The notes under the pieces were generated by a model that worked only from the letters and a program-made list of their open reading frames with translations, was not told where the DNA came from and searched no databases. 64,000 nt of DNA, from NCBI GenBank assembly GCA_951406725.2, contig OX597828.1:13020001-13084000 (forward strand), written 5' to 3'. Each line of letters begins with the position of its first letter. Position 1 is the stretch's first letter. A program made the translations under genes and the position numbers. The DNA comes from Octopus vulgaris (taxonomy: Eukaryota). Below, in pieces: positions 9,898 to 19,331 of the stretch.

Positions 9898-12261
9898 CAC
9901 ACACACACAAAAAAATTTTTTATATGACTTCGATTTTTATGTGTGTGTGTATACTCAAACACAGTATATGTCCAAAGGTTTTGGTCACCTGTCACCGCCT
10001 CTGTAAGGTTCAACATTCGAACAGTGCTTTTTATGCACCACTGGCATGGGTCCCGGTCACACGGCACTAGCATCACCCACGACTACGATTTCACTTGGCT
10101 TGATAGGTCTTCTCAAGCACAGCATATCACCCAATGTTCGAAGGGTGCTTTTACATGCCAGTTAAGCAACACTGGCATCAGCCATGACTGCAGACTCTCT
10201 TGGCTTGACAGGTCTTCTCAAACAGAAGACCATAATCGCCAAGTACCAATCACATTTTGCATCTGCAAAATTTGGAGCTAGTAGCCTGTGAGGTACCACT
10301 TAGCAGCACACTTACATAACTTATTTTTCAGGAGAATTTGAGCAACACGAAATAAACTGTCTTGTCCAGGGGTATAATATACTGCCCAATCCAAGAATCA
10401 AATCCACTATATTATGGTTGGGAGTCAAACAGCCTTGCTACTATGCCTTGTACTTTCACTAACAGGCATTATAATTAGTGGACTATTACCATTATGTTTT
10501 CTGACTTACCAGATGTTAACAAGCTTATATAAAGTAACAAATACAAAAACATTTTCAAATGTAGTACACAAGTGATGCCCAGTTCAGGAATCAAACCCAT
10601 AACCTTTTGCTTGTGAAACTAATAGCCTAACAACTAGGCCACAAGGCCTTCTCTGCCAAATGTTACAATCAGTCAAATGTAACTATTATTATTTTTTCCT
10701 AATTCATCATCATCATCATCATCGTTCAATGCCCGCTTTCCATGCTAGCATGGATGATTTGACTGAGGACTGGCAAACCAGATAGCTGCACCAGGCTCCA
10801 ATCTGATCTGGCAGAGTTTCTACAGCTTGATGCCCTTCCTAACACCAACCACTCCATGAGTGTAGTGGGTGCTTTTACATGCCACTGGCACAAGGACCAG
10901 TCAGGTGGTACTGGCAATGGCCACGCTCAAATGGTGTTTTTTACATGCCACCTGCACAGGAGCCAGTCCAGCGGCACTGGCAACGACCTTGCTCGAATGT
11001 TTTTTCACATGCCACCAGCACAAGTGCCAGTAATGCGATGTTGGTAACGATCACACTCGAATGGTGCTTTTTATGTGCCACCAGCACGGAAGCTAGTTAG
11101 CTGCTCTGGCAACGATCACACTCAGATGGTGCTCTTAGCGCTCCAGTAGCACGGATGCCAGTTATCAGAGTGAGGAAAAAATTGTCAGCAGAAGACTTTG
11201 ACACCATGCTTCGTTCTTTTTGCATGCACATCATCATGTACAAACTGCATGAGAAACTAATGTATTGGGTTGTCCGGAAAGTTCATGCCGATTTTTAAAG
11301 GAAAGAAAAAGGCCAATAAATACTTACCATTACATTTTTAATCAACCAAATATGAACCGTTTTGTTGCACAATGCGTCTCCATCTTTCCTTTAACTTGAA
11401 AATACCCTCTTCCCAGAATTGAGGTGGTTTCATGGCAAAGAATTCATCAAGGTATCTTTTTACATCATCCAAGGAATTGAAATTTTTACCATTAAGACTA
11501 TTCTGCAGAGACCTGAATAAGTGGAAATCCAAAGGAGCAAGATCTGGTGAATATGGAGAGTGGGGTAACACATCCCAGCCAAGCTGCAGCAATTTTTATC
11601 TGGTTCCCAAAGCATCAAGTGCCAAGAATGAACTTTCTTATCTTCCATTTTAAAGGGTTACAGAATTAGCACAGGTTATAGAAACATAAACTTTCTTCCA
11701 CGAAAAGATAGATTAAACTGTGCTCTAAATGGAGGTGTAGTCAAATCCTATTTTATGGACTCAACCATGTTTTAAAATAAGTCAAAAGGTAAGCTACTAA
11801 ATCAGCACAAACTTTCCGGACAACCCAATATTTTTGCTACCGGTATTATTCATGTTGTACCAGTTTGTTGTATCTTGTATTAGCAGAGAAATAAATGTGG
11901 CTGTCAATTTTAACCTCTGTTTTCATATTTCTTGGTGCTCTTAATCATGACTCAGTTGAAACCAGAAGATTATAATATTACCAGGGCCATAGCCAAAACA
12001 CTTTGCCCCCGTTAAACTCCTAACCACAAGGCCAGACACTACTCACACCTTCATATAACAACTTTAACTGAAGTAGCAAATATATTTATACTTACCTGAT
12101 GTTAAATGAACATCAGCATTATGAGAATTTGGGTTAGAATAAGAGAAGATGGAGCGAAACTTTTTGTTTGTCGGCTCCAAATCATAGTCGAAAGGAGATG
12201 AGAAATCGATTTCACTTTCATAAGGGTCATTAGATGGTATAGGGTGGTATTTCACACTCAT
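1607..12261 (-). CDS. STOML1: Stomatin-like protein 1 (SPFH/band 7; UNC-24 type), 5'-partial spliced CDS: join(12261..12096,7749..7646,5377..5311,3822..3740,1810..1607); continues beyond window start
   Basis: Five GT-AG-bounded exons (166+104+67+83+204 = 624 nt) with compatible phases give 208 aa without stops: MSVKYHPI...TM segment (WVIIFAAYLLLFITMPISIWFAFK)-RVPNYERLVIFRLGLMLKTKGPGFVFFLPWIDRCHSVDMRTKAFNVPPQQILVSDGAAIEIGA... This follows human STOML1 ([26 protein letters not shown]...GPG...VDLRTRAFNVPP...DGAVLSVGA). The C-terminal SCP2 part is not in the window. Confidence 0.92.
2765..3415 (+). mobile_element. RTE-clade LINE, 3' fragment (decayed end of RT ORF)
   Basis: VEDVSEFVYLGSKIS...KLRLFSSNVKSVLLYGSETW...KIQTFINKCLRQIL...WRWMGQTL...ALDWNQQGKRKRGRPK, with stops and frameshifts; (GAA)n tail. 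Confidence 0.88.
3740..3822 (-). CDS. STOML1: STOML1 exon (GFVFFLPWIDRCHSVDMRTKAFNVPPQQ)
   Basis: TCTTTAAG acceptor, CAG|GTATAG donor; SPFH motif LP.ID...VD.RT..F.VPPQ. Confidence 0.93.
5311..5377 (-). CDS. STOML1: STOML1 exon (RVPNYERLVIFRLGLMLKTKGP)
   Basis: TTTACAG acceptor, AG|GTAGG donor; SPFH signature YER.VIFRLG...GPG. Confidence 0.93.
5645..6258. mobile_element. piggyBac-like MITE (TTAA-CCCTTT...AAAGG-TTAA) containing a Helitron; second copy at 50685-51588 containing a CR1
   Basis: TTAA at 5641-44 and 6259-62; inverted termini; internal sequence shared with the 50685 copy. Confidence 0.8.
5802..6200 (+). mobile_element. Non-autonomous Helitron (~400 bp). Copies: 17879-18118(+, 5'-deleted), 36864-37258(-); related elements 32652-33025(-) and 22292-22861(+)
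   Basis: A|TC...CTAG|T ends, no TSD, subterminal hairpin CCCGAG(C/T)AACGCCGGG. Confidence 0.87.
7180..7560. repeat. Purine-rich (GGA/GAA) low-complexity tract in a STOML1 intron
   Basis: About 380 nt that is almost entirely G/A on the plus strand. Confidence 0.9.
7646..7749 (-). CDS. STOML1: STOML1 exon with membrane hairpin (AQVSFWRRFSYWVIIFAAYLLLFITMPISIWFAFK)
   Basis: TTTTGCAG acceptor, GTAAGT donor; phase 1 in, phase 0 out; hydrophobic segment with the stomatin-family T-x-P-I-S-x-W motif. Confidence 0.92.
7893..8126 (-). mobile_element. SINE family B (head AAGGCGGCGAGCTGGCAGAA; core GTCGACTTTGCCTTTCATCCTTTCGGGGTCGATAAATTAAGTACC), young copy; near-identical copy at 56520-56755(+)
   Basis: Dozens of copies in the window; this one is flanked by the direct repeat GGTGGGTCTATACC (about 7882-7895 and 8134-8147). 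Confidence 0.85.
8688..9196 (+). mobile_element. tRNA-derived SINE family D (head GTGGAGGCGCAATGGCCCAGTGGTTAGGG...GGTTTCGATTCC) with variant bodies. Copies: 4845-5178(-), 12555-12862(-), 17570-17846(-), 37858-38112(+), 51708-51960(+), 55710-56030(+)
   Basis: A-box TGGCxxAGTGG and B-box GGTTTCGATTCC, repeated with shared downstream blocks. Confidence 0.8.
9200..9840 (+). mobile_element. RTE-clade LINE 3' end running into the family C tail
   Basis: LHGSETWAMTAEDM*RLERNESHMLRWMCN...GRVRPRK, followed by the family C sequence and (GAT)n. Confidence 0.8.
10703..11165 (-). mobile_element. Retroposon family C (RTE-like tail ending in (GAT)n, internal ~64-bp tandem units). Copies: 2220-2487(+), 6503-6970(-), 28520-28750(-), 29825-30140(-), 33660-33905(+), 45437-45830(-), 46240-46408(+), 46470-46665(-), 47150-47315(+), 48945-49090(+), 49865-50055(-)
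   Basis: Shared CATCATCATCGTTTAACGTCCGCTTTCCATGCTAGCATGGGTTGGACG...TTTCTACAGCTGGATGCCCTTCCTAACGCCAACC. Confidence 0.85.
11265..11828 (-). mobile_element. Internally deleted mariner element in a STOML1 intron; a 5'-end-only copy lies at ~56927-57145(+)
   Basis: TIRs TTGGGTTGTCCGGAAAGTT, TA duplications at 11263-64 and 11829-30; transposase N-terminus MEDKKVHSWHLML fused to C-terminus WDVLPHSPYSPDLAPLDFHLFRSL. Confidence 0.93.
12096..12261 (-). CDS. STOML1: STOML1 first coding exon (MSVKYHPIPSND...VHLTS+G)
   Basis: ATG at 12261; donor AG|GTAAGT after 12096 (phase 1); upstream polypyrimidine acceptor TTTTGCAG puts the exon start at about 12307. Confidence 0.82.
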
Positions 12262-14355
12262 TTTATTGCTTAGTGTTGGAAAATTTCAGTTACTTCAGAT
12301 GTCAAAACTGCAAAAGAGTAAGAATAAAGGAAACCTTTTAACATTTAAACCAGCCATATCTAGCCAAAATATTCTATTATGTTTTATGCTCAAACTGGCC
12401 AAAAACAGCTCTAATTCAATTTATTGCATCTTTAGCGACTTCAAATATTGCTTATGAGAAAAAAGAAGGTGGCGACAATGTATTATTTCAAAAGTGGATA
12501 AAACAAATTCTCATACTGGGGTGGAAGGGCTGAGATTCTAACTAGGGGTGCTGTTTGTTTGTTTGTTCCTTCTCGAGCCATGCCTGGCTCATAAGAGCCA
12601 GTTTCCCGGTTTCTTGGCGTATAGGTTCCCCACCTGGACGGGATGCCAGTCCATTGCAGGTGAACTGCAAGATGCAGGAGGAAAGAGTGAGAGAAAGTTG
12701 TGGCGAAAGAGTCAGCAGAAGTTCGCCATTACCTTCTGCCAGAGCCACGTGGAGCTTAGGTGATTTCGCTCATAAACACACACATCGCCCGGTCTGCGAT
12801 CGAACCCGAGATCCCTCGACCGCGAGTCCGCTGCTCTAATCACTAGGTCATGTGCCTCCACGCTATGGGTGCTGAGCACCCCATAGCCCACCACCGTAAC
12901 TACGTGCCTGGCTTCAATGTCATATATAGCCAACATTCTTTGGAAACATACTTGGCCATGGGGAAATAAATATTGAAATAGTCAATGGTTGGTGACAAGA
13001 AGGACAGAAAATCTGCCTCGATAAACTCTGCCTGATCCATGCAAACACAGAAAAGTAGACGTTAGAAGAATGATGATGGTAATGATGATTATAATACATT
13101 ATAATAATTAAATATATACCTATTTCTTTACTACCGACAAGGGGCTAAACACAGAGGGGACAAACAAGGACAGACAAACGGATTAAGTCGATTATATCAA
13201 CCCAATGTGTAACTGGTACTTTATTTATCGACCCCGAAAGGATGAAAGGCAAAGTCGACCTCATATATACCAAAGGTCGGAAATATGGAGAGAGTCGGGT
13301 AGCGACAATTAAATCAACCCCTAAAACTTGGTTGGCACTTTATTTGATTGGAAGCATGGGGAACGAACTAAACCTCAGTTTCATTTGAACACGGAACATC
13401 AAGAACGATAAACTAAATATTGCAAGGTATTTTGAGCATTCTGACCGACACACTAATAACACTGTCAGTCCTTTAATTATTTTATGAAGGTACATATCGT
13501 TAAGTTTCAAAGCCTTTTGTTGTATACTTGCGAAATGGTCCCTGGTACAGTATTTAAAGAACAAATGTATGCAACAATGAAACTATATCGATGTGACTTG
13601 TCCTGTACAGTATGTGCTGATAGTTTAATTAGTCAAAAATAAATGCTCGACAATTTCCAATGGATTTACGATGCCATCTGATGTTTATTGTTAGTGTTAT
13701 CTGTTATTTTCCTGTCCTACCACTTATCTTTTATAATTACGGAAAATTTAGATGTAATTTTATTCGCGATAATCTAATAAAAAAAAAAGAACGTAAAGGA
13801 ACGTAAAGGAATGAAAATGGAGAGTAAAAAAACGAGAATGAAGAAAAAAGGAAATCGATAAATAATCAAAATAAAGGCTTGTACACTTCTTCAATAAAAA
13901 TAAATTATGTCAGGAGAAACTGATATTCCTCTCCAAAAACATTTTGGGAACACCTCGAAACACGGTATTAGCGTGGGTGATTGCGAGGGTGTGGATAAAA
14001 ACGTTTTTAAAGGAAGCAAGAACCACCCACAGCTCGTTATTTTCATTCTACATTCAAAAAATACCCCGTTAACATAAAATGAAAATCAAAATTTTTAGTA
14101 ACTTGATTTACTATGTTCCTTAAATCTTTTTAGCCTCTTTTGTTTCTTTTTCTCTCGAAATCATTTTAATATGTTTTAATAAAAAACACTTTTTATCGGA
14201 AATTTCAAGACGCAAATGTTCACCAAAACATTAATCAGATGAATGGTTTAACGAGCATCTAAAAAAGCGAAATGCTAGCTAAATAACAACAAAAGTGTTG
14301 GGAAGAGATTTTGAAGAGAAACGATTATTTGCGAATGTAAAATATTTATATTTAC

Positions 14356-14420
14356 CTCAACAACAAATTGTTGATTGTTTACAATGGAAATAAACCGCCA
14401 TCTTTTAAGGGAAGCAATTC
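14356..14420 (-). promoter_or_regulatory. Probable STOML1 non-coding first exon / TSS region with YY1-type motif
   Basis: AAGATGGCGG (plus strand CCGCCATCTT, 14395-14404) followed on the minus strand by a GAG|GTAAAT donor at 14356/14355; the acceptor at 12307 requires an upstream exon. Confidence 0.5.
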
Positions 14421-14989
14421 CCGTGCAGAGAAATGCGCAGTTGTCTTTCCAACCAACCTTCCGTGCTTAACCCGGAGCAAAAGGTGTCCAGCTTTGGGCA
14501 TCAGTAGATAAGGATCTCTTTTACAGAACAACTTGAAAGGATCAATATATATAGAAAATTAGGATCTTTTCGCTTTAAAGTGTTTAGTTACAAAGAAATT
14601 ATTTTTAAAATCTGCCGGTCAAAGCGAAAAGATCCGAAAATTAAGCACGTTTACCTGGACTATACCTGAAATATAGCGTGTTAGATTTGGTGAACAGTAA
14701 CGAATCGTTGGAAGAAAATCGATGCCAGATAAAGGAGAGTTACGGGAAGAAAAAAATATAATATAAAGAAAGCGAGCGGCGTAGAAAAAAGGATACGTCA
14801 TACCGGCCTGGTACCTGAAGGAACAACTGCAGGTGCGCAAAAGAGAAAGAGTATCGTCATTTGATAGTTTCATCTAGTATTTGTCTTCAGTGAGAGTAGA
14901 TAAGGCTTTTTATGGAGGGCTGATAAAAAGACATTTGAGGCTCCTAACACCGAACGATCTCATGAACATATTTTTTTAGAAAGATGATG

Positions 14990-15413
14990 AGATCTTTTCG
15001 ATTTGAACGGCAGTTTTTAACATAATATCTAGGTAACAAAAAAATTTTTAACTTCGTATACTGGTAGAATGTGTTTATAAAACATCTTTTTCTCTTGACT
15101 TTATTGAGAAAATTCTATAGTTTGTAAGATATTTGTTGTTTTTTTTCTTCAATTTCTGCAATTTCAACCAATCACTGACGTCTATTGAGGTAAAAAAAAA
15201 AACCATTCTGTGCCGTATGAATATGTCCCTCGTTTAAGAAACAGGTTGGGTTTATTTACATTTGTGAAGAAAAAAAATATACCCTTCCCCCCACCCCTAA
15301 CCCTAACCCTAAAACAGATTGAAATGCAATAGATCGATACTAGGGTCATAATTATGGGTGACAATTTCATATGACACTGCTAGAAAAAACTGCCGTTCAA
15401 ACCGAAAAAATCC
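14990..15413. mobile_element. GG-ended MITE with 8-bp TSD (Merlin-like) and internal (CCCTAA)n. Copies: 26956-27374, 34240-34650, mini copy 14562-14635, rearranged copy 20292-20720, partial copies 28925-29246 and 36449-36677
   Basis: TIR GGATCTTTTCGGTTTGAACGGCAGTTTTT; exact 8-bp TSDs AGATGATG (14982/15414), GGTTCTGC (34232/34651) and GAAAATTA (14554/14636). Confidence 0.88.
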
Positions 15414-18124
15414 AGATGATGTCCCTAGATGTCAGAACGCCATGAGTTTGCTCAAATAATTTTGAGTTCCATCCGGAATACTAGATAGAAAAAAAAAAGC
15501 CTTTCTGATTATCTGGCTTGGTCTGACAAATACACGTGGATTAGTTCCCCATGCGCTGATACACAAGGCAATCGTCATCGCCTGGTATCGTGCGCTTGTG
15601 CATCACTACAACGAAAGTCTTCCCGACTAAACGCGAGTTCTAGCGGATGCAGCCATAACCTTACTTCGTTCTGACTTTCTTATGGTGTTTTCTTGGCAGA
15701 GATATTGGGGTGGTTTGCCATTGGCCCACAAGGAGCTCTTCTGCCCCTCGACACATCGTGTTTTTAGTTTTGTTAGTGTTCAGTTTTGAGAGTATCCAGA
15801 CATCCTCCTCTCAAGAGTAACAAGCTGCTCATATAGGAGAGCTGGTTTGGTCCTCGACACTCTTGACTGTGGAACAAATAGTACTGGTTCACATGATACC
15901 AGTAGCAGGTTTCATGAACCTATGATGAGATCCCTGACCTGATATTATACAGTGGTTTTAAATTTCATACCGGTATGTGTGAGAGGCCGAATAAGATGTC
16001 ATAGATCAGTAGTCATACAGTTTAATACGAAGGAATTCGCGGGCAGCGAGAAGGTACTAGAAACAGTCATCATGACAGAATGTGCTATTTCTCTAGTCTA
16101 TTTCGTGAAAGTTATGGAAACAGAGAGAGATACTTGAGGCTGCTCGGAGAGGTTGAAGATCGGAGGACACATAACTGCGTGCTTTTCATGGATGGCATTG
16201 CTTCCTTGGTAAAAACACGGAAAGAAGTAAGAACTCTCCTTGCATGACTGAACGACCCTATTAAAATATCGACTGCACGTTAAAAAAATAAATTAAGCAT
16301 GTGAGATTAGCTTCGGGAATTCTTGCTCGGAATTGATGAGGAGCTGATTCCAAGATCGGTGGCCAAGTAATTTATTGACCGTGTTTACGTGGGAGTCTTA
16401 AAGGATGTCACGAAATGTATTGGTATTAAGACCTAGTTGAGGCAGAGGTTAAGTGTTATTGACAATTACAGTACGGCAGGTAAATTTCAGGTGATGCTCC
16501 AATGGCGACTCGATGCGTAAACAATTCCAGTAACAATATAGGAACGAATGGTAAAGTGAACTATCAAGTTCCTATGAGTGTGGCTTACCCTCCGTTTATG
16601 TTTTACAAAATATGGGTTGTAAAATTTTACTCCATTATACAGCCCATCGCTGGTGGAGAAGATGAAAATAGTTATAACAGTATCATTGTTCGTGCAGCCT
16701 AGTCAATAGTGTTGAACACGGAAAAAGCTGTTGAAGTGGCAAAGATCGCCCTGGAAATAAAATAAGTGACGAGTATAGTGCAGAACATATGTGCAAGATT
16801 TAGATGAACTCAGAGTAAGAAAAGTAGATGAAATATTGTGAACAAATGCAGTCAACAAAAAATCATTGAAGTGAAGGAGCACGACACGTTTCTGTCTATC
16901 GTCCATGCAAGCGTTTTACTGCGTGGGTCAAAAGAACTTGGACACTTTTAGAAGTCATTGTGATCTTAAGCCGACAACTGATGAAAGATGTTTCGCAATG
17001 CTAGTTGTACGTGAAAGAAATAATATAAGCTTCCTATAGATATTTACAGAGTTGTGTCTCCTCTCTCCACGCCACTGATGTTATCCAAGGAAAAGACAAA
17101 GGCCGATACAGTTTGGCACCAGTGACGTTGCAACTCATTTCTACAGCTGAGTGAACTGAAGCAACCTGAAATAAAGTGTCTTACTCAAGAACACAACACG
17201 CAGAGAACTTAAATTCCAGCTCCTTCATCCAGAGCAGGCGTCTCCGGAGTAGGGTAAAAGGTAAAGACCCCTTCAGTCGTGAATGACCATAGGATTGCGC
17301 CTAGAAAGTTCCCCACCGAGGCACAAGTCCAGGCAAGGTTGTTTATGGAAGACCAACAGTCGGCCGCGCATACTGATGTTATCCAAGGGAAAGGCAAAGG
17401 CCGATTACAGCTTGGCACTAGTAATATTCAACTGGTACTTATTTTATCGACCCTGAATGAATAAAAGGCAAAATCGACCTCAACGGAATTTGCATGCCGC
17501 AAAGCATTTTTGCCCGGTGCGGTTAACGATTCTACCTGCTCACCGCCTTAACATAGTTAAGAAGTAATTATTTATTTATGCGCCCTTATCAAGCCTAGCC
17601 AGGTTCATGGGCCCGGTCCCCCCGCCCCCAGCTGGACGGGACGCCAGTCCATCGCAGCATTACTCAACAAACAGGAAGAGAGAGTGAGAGAAAGTTGGGG
17701 CGAAAGAGTACAACAGGAGTCGCCACCCCCCTGCTGGAGCATCGTGGAGCTTTAGATGTTTTCGCTCAATAAACACACACAACGCCCGGTCTGGGAATCG
17801 AAACCGCGAGTCCGCTGTCCTAACCACTGGGCCATTGCGGCTCCACTAAGAAATAATAATTTTTTTAAATAGGGTTTATCTTTAGATTCCTAACTACTCC
17901 CACATTTTGCGGTGCAGTTTAACCAAAAGCGGGTATCTTATAGTCGTGATTCATATCGAGCCCTTCTGGGTATTAGCGCGCGTCTACGATTTAAAAAAAA
18001 AATTACCATAATTTTTCTGCATTTTTAATGTATTTTTGCTCGGTTTATATAAGGGAAGTAAAATGCTTATATAGTTATTTCCCTTACAAACCCGAGCAAC
18101 GCCGGGCGATACTGCTAGTTTCAA

Positions 18125-18409
18125 ATATAATGGTTGTATACTGTCAATTTAACGTGACTGTATGGGATTACACCACCGCTGTTTAGCCCTAGGAAGCATC
18201 GACGCTTCCTGTCGGCTTCGACACACTTACTGTGTCCTTATATATCTACGAAGGAGAGACGGTGGTATTTGTCTCCCCTTCGTAAATATATAAGGACACA
18301 GGAAAAAATGTGTCGAAGCCATCAGGAAGCGTCGATGCTTCCTAGGGCTAAACAGCGGTGGTGTAATCCCCTACTGTCACGTTAAATTGACAGTATACAA
18401 CCATTATAT
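18125..18409. repeat. Long inverted repeat (foldback) with arms of about 135 bp
   Basis: ATATAATGGTTGTATACTGTCAATTTAACGTGAC... mirrored by ...GTCACGTTAAATTGACAGTATACAACCATTATAT with few mismatches. Confidence 0.92.
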
Positions 18410-18711
18410 CGCCCCACCACCGTACATATCTCCATGAGATATTTAGAAATTTAATATTTCTGATTTATTCCAAATAGTTTTGCTATTATTTGACCTAGGA
18501 AGCAAGGGAGGCCACTCTGAACTTTTTATTTAACTACAACGTTGTATTGTGTCTGGGGAAGTCATATTGTCTTAATGCCTTGTTATCTAACACACGCACC
18601 GGTTCGATTTCTACTCATTATATGAATTTTTCTTACTTCTAAAATTTTCGTTACCTTTTGCAACCTTGTCAATGGAGTGTGTTAGATAATAAGGCATTAA
18701 TAATAATAATA

Positions 18712-19260
18712 GCAGTACCAGGCAGTGGCTCTCATGGCTTCTGATCTTAATTGATTGGAAGTGTTATCATGTACATTATTTTGTCTTGGTATAAAAGATG
18801 GGCTACAGCAAATATTCTGCTCAATACCACAGATTTGCTTGTCAGTTGTTTGACCTTAACCAGTTGAGCATGTCCCTTAGTGGCTGACGATATGTGTATC
18901 TCTGATCACGAACAGAAGTAGTGGGAGAGCATCATAGCCATGTGTTGAGAAGGATTCTTTGGGGTTTGAATAATTTACCTCTGGAAACATGGGTGGTTCT
19001 TTCAACATCCTTAAACAACCCTTAGTCAGGGACCGTTTGAGCGGGATGGGCTACTCAAACTGAAGAAAATTCTAACTGGGCCCCACCTGCAAGGTCATGT
19101 GCTGTTTATCTTGATATGAGATCACCATGTCGCGCACATATGGTTGTGATGCATGTGCCTGGTGTACCTTTATCAGACGGGTAGTCATGATGGGTATACT
19201 GGGCTTCGTATATTTTACCCCAGTCTCACTTTGATGGCATGCACTGCTCTCTCACTCAAT
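18712..19260 (+). mobile_element. Retroposon family E ending in (AAT)n. Copies: 38453-38910(-), 39215-39420(-), 53215-53390(+)
   Basis: Long near-identical blocks in four places, each abutting (AAT)n. Confidence 0.75.
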
Positions 19261-19264
19261 AATA

Positions 19265-19331
<67 letters not shown>

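Noticed and set aside
10865-11165. CRISPR-like repeat/spacer appearance of the TTTTACRTGCCACC units
   Set aside because: The 'spacers' are homologous to each other, the array is part of a dispersed eukaryotic retroposon, and there are no cas genes.
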